From positions 19,594,001-19,658,000 of the forward strand of contig NC_087250.1 of the NCBI RefSeq assembly GCF_037042905.1: a stretch of 64,000 bases of DNA, given 5' to 3'. The position numbers were made by a program, and so were the translations under genes. How positions within the stretch are numbered: position 1 is the stretch's first letter; the number at the start of each line of letters is the position of its first letter. The notes under the pieces are model-generated. The model was not told where the DNA came from and searched no databases. It saw only the letters and a list, made by a program, of their open reading frames with translations. Source of the stretch: Lytechinus pictus. Lineage: Eukaryota. Shown here one piece after another: positions 14,201 to 25,491 of this stretch.

Positions 14201-17200
14201 CTGGATATGCTGTTTACTATGGACCAGGAGGTGGGAGAGAAATTCACCTGCTTATTTCTTTGCAAAATGTAGACCATTTTGGTGAATTCTTGCCATATAC
14301 ATTTTTCACTTATTAAGCATCACAGACACATTACAGTACACTAGCACACTGTGCGCTGCCTGCACCTGCGCGATGTCAACCCAAAAGTAAGATATTTGGC
14401 ATGTTCGCTGCAACTGATAGATGGCGCACCAAATTGTGAATCCACCGAATTGGCAAGGTACTTATCCACATTTTTCTCTCTCCACCCAGGTGTTTAATGG
14501 GTGCCTGGAGGATGTTTTTGGGATTGATAATACTCATAACATTTGTAAGGTAATTATTATAACATTCAATACAGGAATTTCTAAGCACTCAGTTTTCTGA
14601 CTATTGGTTATCCTAAAAAAGAATTAGATTGGCAATATGTGTACCAGTAAAAAACAATTGCCTGGCCAGAATGCTCCCCAGGGAGTGGAGATGATGCGAG
14701 GAACAGTGATGGACACAATGACCGGGGTAAAAATATTTACATGTAAAGTACTTACAAATGCAAATTATGAAACGCTCTATCAATTTAACTATTATTATTG
14801 CTATAAATATTCTCTGCGTGTTGGCTGATAAACAGTCTGGAATGAAGTTGGATGGAGAGGGGAAGGTCAGGACGGGTACTTCAGAAAGTAACTCAGCCCA
14901 ACCCTACTTATGTAGGCTAAGTATTATCTGACCACTGGTTGAAAATTTTGAATGTCCGCTGAAGGACAATCTGATTTATAAGACTGAGGGTTACTTACAC
15001 GTAAGCATTCTCTGAACATTGGCTGAACGTCTCTGTGTCGGCTGCTGTACAATCTGGGTCACAGCAGCAGTTAACGTCACATCTGTTGCCAGTCAAATCA
15101 CAGATGCATGTCCCGACGTCTACTCAGACACAGAAAGAGGAAAATATGTGAATATTTATGAGGGATCCCCACTCTACACCTCACACAGTCACATTGCCAA
15201 TTTACTGGAAAAAAAAATGTCATGAACATTGAACTATATATGTATGTCCAATAGGGAAGAGTATTCTTCCAAATAATGTATGGTAAGGTGAGGTCCCCCA
15301 AGTCTGTAGTTTTGTATGAGATTTTGACAGCTTTGAAGGGTGGATCCTTGGGATAGAGATAGCATATTTGAAGACCAAATAAATGTTTTTAATATATTTT
15401 TGATAATGTAAAAAAGAGAGTTAAAGACGAAATGGATGTCAATTAATAGGCTTAGCATAGAAATGGTGATTACAAAGTTGACGAAAATATCAGATATTTG
15501 TTATTTTGAATGCATGTATATATCACTCTCTTTATTACAGAAGAATCCTAAGAAAGACTTTTCTAGCTATGTGAATTATGGACCAGAAAGCAATAAAGAA
15601 GCGATGCGGTTGGTGTCAAAGAGATGCTCCATCAGAAAGGCTGCAGGCAGATATGGGGTTCCGGAGGCGACCTTGAGGAACAAACTGTCAAGGCGGCACA
15701 CGGGACCAAAAGGGCACCCAACGATGCTAAGCTATATTGATGAAGAGGCCCTTTCCAACCACCTTGTGTACATGGCTGAGTGTGGATGTGGCTTGAATTG
15801 TTCTAAGGTGAGTAACAATCTAAAATTGTTCTTAAAGAAGAGAGTTGGGAATACTCCTTCGTCTCAATTTTATTATCATCATCATCATTATAATCAGTAT
15901 CATTTTTTATTTTGTTGCTGTTGTGACTATCATCATAATTATCATATTCATAATTAATATTATTATTATCATTATTATCATCATTATCATTATTATTTTC
16001 CTCATTATTATTCATTTTATCATAATTAGTAGTAACAGTAGTATTATTGTAATCAAATTCATTCTTTTATCAATTGTAATGCAATATTTATCAACTTTTG
16101 TATATATATTTATATTTTAAATTCCAGGTTCTGGAGCTTGCCACACAGGTTCATCAGGAAAGGGTGAAGTCTCCTGTTCAACAACTAACAGCAAGATCGT
16201 TTTACGGGTTCATGAGGAGATGGCCAGCTCTCCAAGTCATCCGCCCAAGGTTGTTGGCTATCACTACGGCAATATCCACAACACCGGAGAGGATTGCCTG
16301 ATACTACCAAGAACTGGACAAGATCCTGATAAAGTATGACCTAAAGGACAAACCTAGGTTCATATACAAAGTTGATGAAACAGGATTCAACCAGGAGCAT
16401 TCACCATTGAGGTCGCCTTCAATCGTTTCCTGTCGCTCAGCAACCATAACACTCCTTGCCTGAGGATCAGCTGACAGATCGTCATTGCCACCCTATATTG
16501 TATTTAAAGGGAAGAACTTGATGGCAGAGCTGACTTGGGAATCATTACCAGGCAGCAGGTTCAAGATGACGGACAGTGGGTGGAGTAATGGTGATGTCTT
16601 CAGTCGGTTCCTGAGCAAGCATTTAATCCGATCCTTGCCAGACCGGGAAGCTGAGCAACAAGTTCTCCTACTGTATGATGGACACAAAAGCCACATAACT
16701 GTTCCCCTCATAGAAGCCCAGAAGCACAACGTGATACTCTTCCTTCTTCCCCCTCACACAAGTCACATTCTCCAGCCTCTCGACGTCGGCTGCTTCGATC
16801 CGATGAAGGCACAATTCAACAGTCAGTGCACAGATTTCCTCTCCAAGCATCCTGGAAGGTCAATCTCTAGATTTGACATGACAAGCCTAATCAGTCACGC
16901 ATACCTACAGGCGATGAGAGAGGACAACCTCAAGGCAGCATTTAGGAAGTCTGGAATCTGCCCATTTGACCCCGAAGCAGTAGAGATCGAGAGGACGATG
17001 AGACCAAGTGCAATCACCAATGCCAACACCCCTCATCCGGTTCATCCCCCATCAACAAGCTCTATGGAGGCATCGTTAGTGACCAAGAAGCCTTCTCCAC
17101 CTTCAAAGAATAGTCAGAGGGGTAGCCATCATGGAAACAGAATCTTCCTGCAGATCTACCGTTCTTCCACCATCGAGCAGACGACCCAGACTCGCATTTC

Positions 17201-19200
17201 TGAGGATAGATCAGATGATGACGAACGTTGTTGCCAGTGCCATTTGGACGATCCACCATCAGCCTCTGACATGGGCACTGTCATTAACTGGGCAGAATGT
17301 GACTCCTGCAAACACTGGTTGGGCCGGACAAGTTCAAATTGGCAACACATTTTTTTTTTTTTCAGGTTCCCTTGTGAGACGGAACAATGAAATATATGTT
17401 GATATGTATGAATATAAATATATGAATAAGTAATTATGTGAATATGCAAATATGTAAATATATGAATATATAAATATGTAAATATATATATATATATGTT
17501 AATATGTAAAATATGTGAATATATGAATATGTAAACAATTTTTATTTCTGAAAAAAAAAAGGAGATTTGTAAATGGAAAATGAAAAAAGAAAATGAAAAC
17601 AAGAAATTCAGTTGAATATACAAATGATAACTTAGTGTCTTTTCTTCATTCTCCTTTGCTGTGTTCATGTGGCCATGAATTAAGTGTGCTGATAAGAGAA
17701 CATGTTCATTCTCCCTTAATAAATTTCATTCCCCAATAAACAAAACAATAAGAATGGGTGGCGGGGGGTCTAATGATTTTGCCCCGAAAGAAGTTGACAA
17801 TGATGTGAATTTTTTGTGAGAAATGTTGATAATGATATAATGAATAGATCCTGTAGTCATATTATACAATGGAAATTGTGGTAATGATGATGAAAATGGG
17901 ATGATAAATGTAGTGACAGTGGTGATGATTGTGGGGGCACGCCTTTTGTGAAAAAATAGCTTTTACTTATAATGAAGGCCTAAATATATAATCTTAAAAG
18001 CAAGTAAAAAAAAATAATAACAAAATGATTTGCATGGTGAAATTGAATATGATGGAAATGAGAAGTAAATTTTTGGCATGATTTTGAGAAAAATGTCTTT
18101 GAATTTTAAAATCAATCATTTGGCCCTTGCCCGGCGCCTACCTCCTCCCAATCCTAAAATTTTCAGCAACGAGCAATCTATTGATAAGACGGTCATTGAT
18201 GTGTATACAGAGGATTATTATCCATGATATTGCACAAGCCTATTCTCAACCTGGAAAAATATCAATAAAAAATAATAGTATTGCCTATTTCGAACTTTAC
18301 TCAAATGGCTGGTATGTGCTGGACAATACGAGGTGGTTATCGAGCGTTTTGACACTTGTTGTCGACCACAAAAGGGCAACAAACTTAGGTCACACATGTG
18401 AGCAGAGCAGACTATGAAGTCGGTAGGCGTTACAAATTTCTTGAAATTACATTGATTTTAATCTGAAGTTTGAATTCCAAGCCATGAAATGTGAGATAAG
18501 ATATTCTTGTTCTTTTGAGGTATTGGACGTTTTTTAAGGGTATATAATCTAATCTAGGTGTCTTGGAATTGTCAAGAAAACCAATATGTGCACTAAATAC
18601 GGTCACCCCATCATAAGTCATCATGAACCATTAAAAAAATGAAATTTTCTGCATTTTATGTGATAAGTTATGGGGCAGCTGCTTGTTTTTTTTACATCAA
18701 AAATAAAAAAAATGAAGTTGTCAACTTGTACTTGTCTTGGACTTGTATTATTGTAAACTTTCTTAATCTTTTTTTCTCAAACCTTCACTTGACTTCACCA
18801 ATATTTTTTAAATTATTATTAGACTTAAAATTCTGCTTATTTTTACTTTCGTCAGGGTGAACTTCCCCCTTTTTTAACACTAAAGAATTGTCTACATGGC
18901 TTCATGCGCACTTTGGTTAACTGAAACACACAAATGTCAATATATGGGACCACGCATATCATCTACGTACTCTTTACCTGTATTCGCGGGCACCTCTGTT
19001 GAAGGCAAAGTCGGCGGATTAGTCGTTGTTTGTTGCTGAGTCTGTGTTGTTTGGGCATTTTGGGTGGTTGCTGTTGATACTGGGTTGTTTGTGCTTTGTT
19101 GAATACCTGTGGGTGTTGTCTGAGCAGTTGAAGGAAAAATCTGTACCGCAGCGCAGAAGAGAATCAAAACTATTTTGGCGTCTGCTGGCAACCCCGCCAT
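1979..19200 (-). CDS. TCTN1: Tectonic family protein (TCTN1/TCTN3-like), 13 coding exons, 707 aa
   Basis: Exons 18978-19200, 14999-15119, 13475-13584, 11668-11807, 10921-11023, 10169-10287, 9242-9601, 6535-6660, 5890-5999, 4967-5107, 4124-4292, 2953-3105, 1979-2227 join in phase (2124 nt). Signal peptide, CICDLTGNRCDVNCCCDPDC, RSGNPGY, FGENLRSGC, VATFGNS, LPNDFFYPF and a hydrophobic C-terminus are tectonic hallmarks. The paralog (TCTN1 vs TCTN3) is not resolvable by eye. Confidence 0.93.
2953..3105 (-). CDS. TCTN1: tectonic exon 12
   Basis: SNEQGVCNNMYMSLHIEVLYANVGALANPQAKIIGVRYNYPDASGQTLRYQ; tttag|, |gtaaga. Confidence 0.92.
3400..3812 (-). mobile_element. Helentron-associated (DINE-1/HINE-like) element
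   Basis: Minus strand begins TTTTTATACGCCCGTC with a hairpin, repeats the sub-terminal GACGGGA..TATTATG, and ends in a hairpin + CTTGTT; internal tandem duplication of about 150 bp with TGACCTT motifs. Confidence 0.55.
4124..4292 (-). CDS. TCTN1: tectonic exon 11
   Basis: VSYESVSDICGLIQATALNALNGDHPSHVATFGNSLPEVVGDWVEIFEDPISSNPV; ttacag|, |gtaaga. Confidence 0.9.
4967..5107 (-). CDS. TCTN1: tectonic exon 10
   Basis: QAISIGTDPDSWLTVVRSSADGTCVNDTDSRLPITFGENLRSGCTIR; |gtatat donor. Confidence 0.9.
5108..5889 (-). other. U12-type (minor spliceosome) AT-AC intron
   Basis: 5' ATATCCTTT at 5889-5881; branch point TCCTTAAC at 5126-5119; terminal AC at 5109-5108; splicing gives in-frame AA|G (Lys). 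Confidence 0.92.
5890..5999 (-). CDS. TCTN1: tectonic exon 9
   Basis: RDEIDVYPRSGNPGYMIGQPIMAGNLVEEIQPDESIK; followed by U12 donor ATATCCTTT. Confidence 0.9.
6535..6660 (-). CDS. TCTN1: tectonic exon 8
   Basis: VKYIITHNSTDGIEEVEVELLLGSLTSNDLNPSQTFSTEFVK; cctag|, |gtgagt. Confidence 0.9.
7046..7217. mobile_element. PIF/Harbinger-like MITE (copies at 63760-63931 and partial 13993-14095)
   Basis: Palindromic TTTCATAAAGCTGTTCGTAAG arms; CTG/CAG flanks. Confidence 0.75.
7720..8360 (+). repeat. About 187-bp tandem repeat, roughly 3.5 copies
   Basis: AGCAGATTTATTTATCTTGATATTTTGGAAGCTGTG recurs at about 7777, 7964 and 8151, with a diverged copy near 8310. Confidence 0.85.
8510..8755 (+). mobile_element. 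tRNA-derived SINE (related, decayed)
   Basis: GGTTCAAATCC B box, CACCCAGGTGTAGTAAATGGGTACC, ATT tail. Confidence 0.65.
9242..9601 (-). CDS. TCTN1: tectonic exon 7 (includes Thr/Pro-rich insert)
   Basis: TPNFLQENP...PMYNESSETCEDVVLE; ctccag|, |gtaagg. Confidence 0.88.
10169..10287 (-). CDS. TCTN1: tectonic exon 6
   Basis: AYLHDQSVTCTRVLTSLETDCGQQPFLSAKTYYDGFKVIA; cag|, |gtaagt. Confidence 0.9.
10921..11023 (-). CDS. TCTN1: tectonic exon 5
   Basis: SGDVIYTLYDSLALGRLGLPRGLTSDVCDDNNPA; cag|, |gttcgt. Confidence 0.9.
11270..11610. repeat. (ATC)n microsatellite
   Basis: Imperfect CAT/ATC run. Confidence 0.95.
11668..11807 (-). CDS. TCTN1: tectonic exon 4
   Basis: YAQRNFYTVSQAVETVERFYELSDQYGS...SDFYK; ttccag|, |gtgatt. 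Confidence 0.88.
11900..12274. mobile_element. Penelope-like pLTR remnant: about 110-bp inverted repeat enclosing a hammerhead motif
   Basis: Arms 11900-12009 and 12166-12274 are near-perfect reverse complements; hammerhead core at 12013-12045. Confidence 0.65.
12008..12050 (+). ncRNA. Minimal type I hammerhead ribozyme motif
   Basis: TACT-c-CTGAAGA-c-GGACAG-tcaac-CTGCCC-GAAAC-GTC-a-AGTA; one mismatch each in stems I and II. Confidence 0.65.
12397..12826. mobile_element. Palindromic MITE
   Basis: About 200-bp arms GAATTCACAAAGGTGGTTT / AAACCACCTTTGTGAATTC; AAT on both flanks. Confidence 0.75.
13475..13584 (-). CDS. TCTN1: tectonic exon 3
   Basis: VEDKVCLRSSVIFTNNAEPETVDVTDPSLFCITRDN; tag|, |gtgagt; phases match neighbours. 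Confidence 0.9.
14999..15119 (-). CDS. TCTN1: tectonic exon 2 (Cys-rich motif)
   Basis: DVGTCICDLTGNRCDVNCCCDPDCTAADTETFSQCSENAY; tag| acceptor, |gtaagt donor. Confidence 0.93.
15541..17320 (+). pseudogene. Degenerate pogo-superfamily (Tc1/mariner-pogo) transposase inside tectonic intron 1
   Basis: Psq-type HTH (SIRKAAGRYGVPEATLR), CENP-B-like HTH, catalytic motifs DETG / LLYDGH / LPPHTSHILQPLDV, C-terminal PHD-like CCQC...WAECDSCKHW. In-frame TGA stops at 16299 and 16461. GT-AG intron at 15808-16127. TIRs not identified. Confidence 0.88.
18978..19200 (-). CDS. TCTN1: tectonic exon 1 (signal peptide + Thr/Gln-rich linker)
   Basis: acaagATGG start; MAGLPADAKIVLILFCAAVQIFPSTAQ...; donor G|gtaaag. 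An in-frame upstream ATG exists at 19257. Confidence 0.85.
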
Positions 19201-19878
19201 CTTGTCTGTGGTTATGAATAATAATATCAGCGTTGGGGGCGGGGCCGGGGGGTTCATTTACGCCCCTCAACAACAAATAATAATAATAATGATAATAATA
19301 AAATAATAAAACACACCACCAGCCGGAAGAATATTGACCTATTGATTCCTTGGCTGCAAACTTATAATGATAATAAAAAATAAAAAAATATCAATTCTTA
19401 ATTTGTGCATGTGTATCTTTACGATTTTATTTTCTTCTTTTTGAAAAATTACAATTACTCCCACTAGCGGCCCGTAGGGGGGGGGGGGGCTTGAGAGGCA
19501 AAATTAATTTTTTTAATGTAGAAATGCCGTTAAAACATAAGTTTTTAAAGTGAATTTTTTTTTTTTTTTTTTTTATGCTTTTCAAACTTTTTCGTGGGCA
19601 AAATGTAACTTTGTCCTTAATTTTTGGTTAAATACCTTTTTTTTTTGCTTGTCAATTTTTTTCCTCTGGAAAATGTGCCCCCCCCCCTTTGGAAAATCCT
19701 GGATCCACCCCTGATTCGGCCAACTGTATATTACTGGTGTATTTGAAAATTCGGCGCCTCCATTCTTTGAATGAGCTCAATTCTTTTTTTTTTCTCGTTT
19801 TTTGTTGTTGTGCGCAATGCGGGGCATCATGAAAATCAGTAAGGTATGCATGGGGTCTTCGACGGCAGTTAATCATAC

Positions 19879-19986
19879 CAGGGGCGTCGATCCCTTTTTC
19901 AGATTGGGGGGGGGGGCAAAATCATGAATCAACTTTCCAAAGGCGCTCGATCACACAAAACAAAAAAACTCACACACACACATGCC

Positions 19987-20029
<43 letters not shown>

Positions 20030-20681
20030 GAGTGTGTATACACACTCACACACAAATATTATGTATATATATATGTGTGTGTGTGTGTGTGTATATATAT
20101 AATGACTCATGACTGAGATAGAGACACATTTCTCACCAACAAATTAATGCGAGCGCGAAGCGCGAGTAGAAATTTCTTGCTTGGTACCAATGATTATGAT
20201 GGGTATCTTAAAAAACAATAGATGCGAGCGCGAAGCGCGAGCTGAAAATTTTGATATTTTGATCTGAATTTTTTTTACTTTAATGGACGTTTTAAATAAA
20301 GAACAAGACATATATCCAAAAAAAGATTATTGCAAATCGAAGCGGGAGTTATTTTGAGGTTTAGAACTAAAAACGGGACGTTCTATTCATCTATTTAATA
20401 ATGAAAAGTATGGGTTTTTGCTACAGAAATGATGCGAGCGCAAAGCGCGAGCTGAAATTTTTTTATATTCCAATCGGAAAAGCGGACAATTTGAGCATGA
20501 TTTTTAAATAAAGAAATAGTTGTGTATCTCAATCTTGCTTGCTGATATCTGTGTAACATTACAATCTTATTTTATGTTTTGCACATGCGGAATTATTGGG
20601 GGGCAAAACGATATGTTTGCCCCCCAAATATTTTTATTGGTGGGGCGATCGCCCCCCTGCCCCCCAGGATCGACGCCTCTG
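19879..20681. mobile_element. hAT-like non-autonomous element
   Basis: TIR CAGGGGCGTCGATCC/GGATCGACGCCTCTG; exact 8-bp TSD AATCATAC; internal GCGAGCGCGAAGCGCGAG motifs. Confidence 0.85.
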
Positions 20682-21108
20682 AATCATACCATAATGTGTA
20701 ATTGCCGTGGGGGCTCATTTAGGCCTGTTTTGAAATAAAGTATAGGGTCGATCGGGCACCAAATAAACAAGTCCCACTTTATGTTTAATAAACCAACAAT
20801 TTTCAGAGGCAGTATCGTATACCCTGCGTGGCAAACTATTTGTTTTGAATGTGAGCTATAAAGTATGGCTTCTTTTTTTTATTAAAAGATATAATTTTGT
20901 GACAGATTTTGACGAAATAATATGAAAAAAATATATAAATCCGAAACTTCATGTATTGGGTCTCATTTTCTTTCCCTTTCTCTATCTTATTTTTGTATGG
21001 GGGAGGGGGTCATGGAACTATAACCCCCATGTGTACTCAGGCCTATAGGCCTACACACCTTTGCCAGTGGTAAAGCAGAATAACTTACTTTATTACAAGA
21101 GTATACTG

Positions 21109-21253
21109 GGGCCCGTTGCAGAAAGAGTTGCAATCGATCGCAACTCTAAAAATCATGCGTAACTTGATTTTCAACCAATCAACAGCGCGCATTTGGGACT
21201 TGCGATTGATTTTTTGACTTGCGTTTAAACGCAACTCTTTCTGCAACGGGCCC
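21109..21253. mobile_element. PIF/Harbinger-like MITE
   Basis: ctg|GGGCCCGTTGCAGAAAGAGTTG...CAACTCTTTCTGCAACGGGCCC|ctg. Confidence 0.8.
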
Positions 21254-22078
21254 CTGGTCATGATAATCATGATAATCATTCTACTATTATGCACGAAGAC
21301 AAATACAATTTTAAAGGGACTGCAATCTCCCGGTGCATCTAAATGATCTACGAGCCCAGTTACCAACTCCTGCCTATGTAGGCCTATATACATAATATTA
21401 ATTTCAATGTTTTACACTGTTTTACTTAAGCCAGTTCGTAGTTAATCCTTTCTGCGCATGATCAAAAGATTCTACGCATGATCAGAGGAAGGTTATTTGT
21501 ACTAAAGTGACATGGTGGTTTAAAATCTAATGAGATAAGCACCAACTTTGATGTCTTGATTATTCATATATTCTTTTGAATTGTGGTTTTCATTTACATC
21601 CACAAAAAACAACAACGCGTCCACGAACGACTGGTTTTCACCGGGGGTTTTCATAGTTTGCCAAGTACATTGTGCAACATGCTATGATATGCATTCAAAG
21701 TAGGAATGCAACCGTACAAATACCTTCATAAAGTGTTCATTGGTGTGCTATTCTAGTCACCTGGTCTATTCAATTTCTTCATCCTGCTATGTAAGGCAAG
21801 CTTACGTAATATTTTGCTTTGAAATCTGCCTATCATCATGAAAGAAATGAAAGGTCATTTGACCGAAAATTGTCCATGAGGTAACTACGAACTGGTCGAT
21901 TAATAGGCCTACTATGTTACTTGATTTTTTGTTGTTGGATATGGAAATAAATGAAATGAAATATATATAACATGCCCGCAGGAGTTTAACTTTGAAAATT
22001 AGTTCAGGGTCGATCAATTTTTGGCAAGTAAGAATGAAACTCTTGGAGATTGGAAATAAATTACTGGAACGTACAGAT

Positions 22079-22109
<31 letters not shown>

Positions 22110-24897
22110 GGGCCCGTGGCGCCCCATTAAGTTCTATCACCAAGAAAATTAGTATAAAAAAAGAACAGGAAATGGAAATGACCGAATTATGATAATATTT
22201 TTTTAATATATCGTCAAAATTAATACAACATCATAGTTTTTCCTAGAAAGATCGTTCGTTTTGCTAACTTGCGAGATCTTTTTTTCAAATATTGGCCCCA
22301 TCCACTCTTTTTGCCCCTCTATTTTTCAAATATATTTCTTTGTTCCTTACGCTACTGAACTGAATAAAGAAAAATTAAAGGGATGGTCCGGGCTGAAAAT
22401 ATTTATATCTGAATAAAAAAAGTAAAATTCAAAAAGTAAAATGCACAAAATTTGATCAAAATCGGATAACAAAATAACAAAGTTATTGAATTTAAAAATT
22501 TATCAATATGTTGTGAAAAACATTTATATGCACATCGTCATGAATATTCCAAATTGGCAAGTTTCCCTTGCTATGTACAATAAAACAAAAATACTACAGC
22601 ATAAATGAAAGTTTCAGTTTTTGGGGCTCTAATATATAGGCCCTATATGCTTGATGGCAACTGAATAAAATCATATATTTTTTTTATCCCTTTCTTCATT
22701 TGAAGGGAGAACAATGAATGTTTTCTACTCGAAATAGTGCCAAAATCAAGCCATTTTGGGCAGAAACCCTTGATATGTACGTTTTTACTGATCACTGTTT
22801 TTTTGTGATAAAGGAATGCTACCGTCGCTCAGGTTGCTCTCTCGTATAAAAATATAATGAGGAACAGTTTAGAAGGGGGAGGCTGTACGCATAAAGTTTA
22901 GAGGGAGAAGTTCACAAATGTAAACCGTTTAATAATGGTATTTTTTGCATTTGTGTACACGTTAACTGAAAAAATTGTGCGTGTGTGTGGGGGTGTGGAA
23001 GATGAAAAACACCTAAGCACCGCCACTGCATATCCTGATATGGTAAAGCAATCTAATAAGGATCACAAAATAATCCACAAATAATATTCAGTTGGTGCAA
23101 GTGCCGCGGAACCGGTGGGGGGGGGGGGGGGCTGGGTGAGCTTCAGCCCCCCCCCCCCTTCCCAAAACCATGTACAAAACCTTAAAATGACCATCTGATC
23201 GATTGTGATTTTTTTTTGCATCGAAAGCATATCCCCCTTCCCGCTTTCAAAACCATTCCACGGCCCTGTGGTGTATTCATTCAACAACAAAAAATTTTCC
23301 TCATTAGCGGGTCTCGCTGCATTTTCATATTTGAATCCCGAAGCGTCAATAAAATCAAAGAGGAATAAAAAAAAAGTATAGCATATAATTTATATGCAGA
23401 TCTACAGATGGTTATTTGTTTATATTTCCAAATAAGTCGTATAAAGATAAACAAAAAAGGTCATATTATGTGGTTTCCGATTTTTTTTTTGTGATTTGGG
23501 AGAATGCCATTTCTGAAACTATGATGCACAAGCATAATTTTTCTTTATACCTTGAATTGGTTATAAAATAACATTTCTAACCCTCAAAATATCATTGTGC
23601 AATTTTCCCTCTCTTGATGTGGTCTCTATATAGTATTACAGTAATCTATATCACATTTCGGGAGATGGTTACATTTAGAGGCGTATTTTGATACCTTGAA
23701 ATATTTGCTTGACGAGCAAAAGGTACATAACATTATATTTTTCTCAATTGAATTATAAGTGACACGACCCACCCCACCGTTGTACTTTTCCTTCCCTTCA
23801 TTCCTCTCTTTTATGCATCATTTCCCCATTTTCATAAAAAAAGTTAAATGCATAAGTCATCACAAAAATAGTAAGTTTTCTTTGCTTGCCTTCGACAAAA
23901 AAAGAAGATAATAATTAACTATTTTCTATTGTAAAGATAAAATAGATAAGCATAGGTGTTTGATACCTTAAAGGCAATTGCCTTTTGCGTATTGGGGGAT
24001 CCCCCCAAAAAAAACCCACGACCACGAAAAGAAAGAGAACAGAAAAGTTAGAAAGGTGAAATATGATATTTTTCTGAATTTATGTCAAAATCTATCACAA
24101 AAATTGGCCTGATTTTTTTGTGATAAAAATGTCGACACTCGTTCGCAACTTTTCATTAATTTTGGCTCATTATACGCCACTAACCATTGCCAAAGTGAAG
24201 ACTGCAGTCATTACTTCTCCGTTTTATTTGACTAAATCAATCCAACTGAATTATTCCATTATTTGTATTGCTCGGTTCTAAAGAAAACAAGTATATCGTA
24301 CTTTAAAATGAAGTTTAAGCCAAGTAAAACTTCTTTAATTTATGTAAAAACGGCCCAAAAGTGTAATTATTTAGGGGTGCTTTTTAAATGTAATGCTAAA
24401 AATCTTTTCAATTATTTAACCCATGAGAGTGGCACATAATTTGCCCCCTCCCCTCGATGTTATCATCATTATCAACAAAAAGTCCCTAGCCTATGATATA
24501 TTGTGAATTACAGGGGAATTTAAAAGAAATATGTCGAGATTGCGAAATAGGAAGTCGGGCGGAAGCGACTATGACATTACCAGAAGGGATTTTTTTTACT
24601 CATCAGAGGATTACGGCAGCTGCGTAAAGGATAACTTGGCAAAAAATGTCAAAAAGAAGGTAGGAGAACTAAGCCTCCCCTTATTTGATTACGTTCAGTT
24701 TGAAGTAAACTTAAGAATCCATAACTGTATGGTCCCATAACCACCCACCCCACTTTACTCCTGAACCCGTGTTATATGGCCTGATTTGTACGCTTTTCTT
24801 TGTGTATGAGTTAAAATGTCAGCCTCCCCCTCGATCGGCCCCCGCCTGCTCTAAATGTCACGCATTATACATTTTTTCGTTACGTGTGCAGTCTTCA

Positions 24898-24906
24898 TAT
24901 ATATAA
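24898..24906 (+). promoter_or_regulatory. Candidate TATA box for the 25102 gene
   Basis: TATATATAA about 200 bp upstream of the ATG. Confidence 0.35.
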
Positions 24907-25101
24907 TTCGGGAACACAACAGATACAGGGCCTACTTCTTCTCTATCTGGTGCCGACCAATATTATTATTATTTTGCGGTGAAAGCTAGATTAGGTTATC
25001 ACTCGCTGCAGATTGTACCGAACCTCGTCTCTGGGTCTTTCAAGCCCATGCAGTGTACTGGCGTTGACCGAATCCACTCAAATCTATCTCGTCATCGTAA
25101 C

Positions 25102-25491
25102 ATGGCTTTCATAATAGCCGGCGCCGTTACGGCAGCGGCAGTTGGAGTTGCGGGCGCAACGGCGGGTCTGGTTAAACGCTTCATGGACCGGTTCGTCGTC
25201 GTAGCAAATGACACGCCGCATCCGATCTCCGTAGTTGTGGAGCATCCCCAGGGTAAAAGCCAGTCCGTTATTGAGGCAGGAGAGTCCATGAAGTTCACCG
25301 TATCTAACAACAAACCGATCTCAATCAAAGTTAAGAGGAGCACCAAACCGACGTACGAAGCAGAAGTTTGCGATTACGATTACCGCAACTTCATCGTAAG
25401 GAAGGCAACGACGGGTGATCTGGTGCTCGTCCGAGCAAAGAAATTTAAGATATGGGAGGCCCAGCCCTGTAAGACGCACAATGTGAGTTGA
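25102..25491 (+). CDS. Uncharacterised small protein (129 aa if unspliced; possibly spliced at 25482 to 26516-26569, about 144 aa)
   Basis: GC-richer open frame in AT-rich DNA, aacATGG context, TATA-like TATATATAA at about 24898-24906, natural amino-acid composition. Donor AAT|gtgagt at 25483 and phase-0 acceptor ttccacag| at 26515; AATAAA at 26985. Confidence 0.7.
   Translation: MAFIIAGAVTAAAVGVAGATAGLVKRFMDRFVVVANDTPHPISVVVEHPQGKSQSVIEAGESMKFTVSNNKPISIKVKRSTKPTYEAEVCDYDYRNFIVRKATTGDLVLVRAKKFKIWEAQPCKTHNVS

Noticed and set aside
14852..18156. Candidate TIR pair for the pogo element
   Set aside because: Similarity is weak and the left candidate lies beyond tectonic exon 2.
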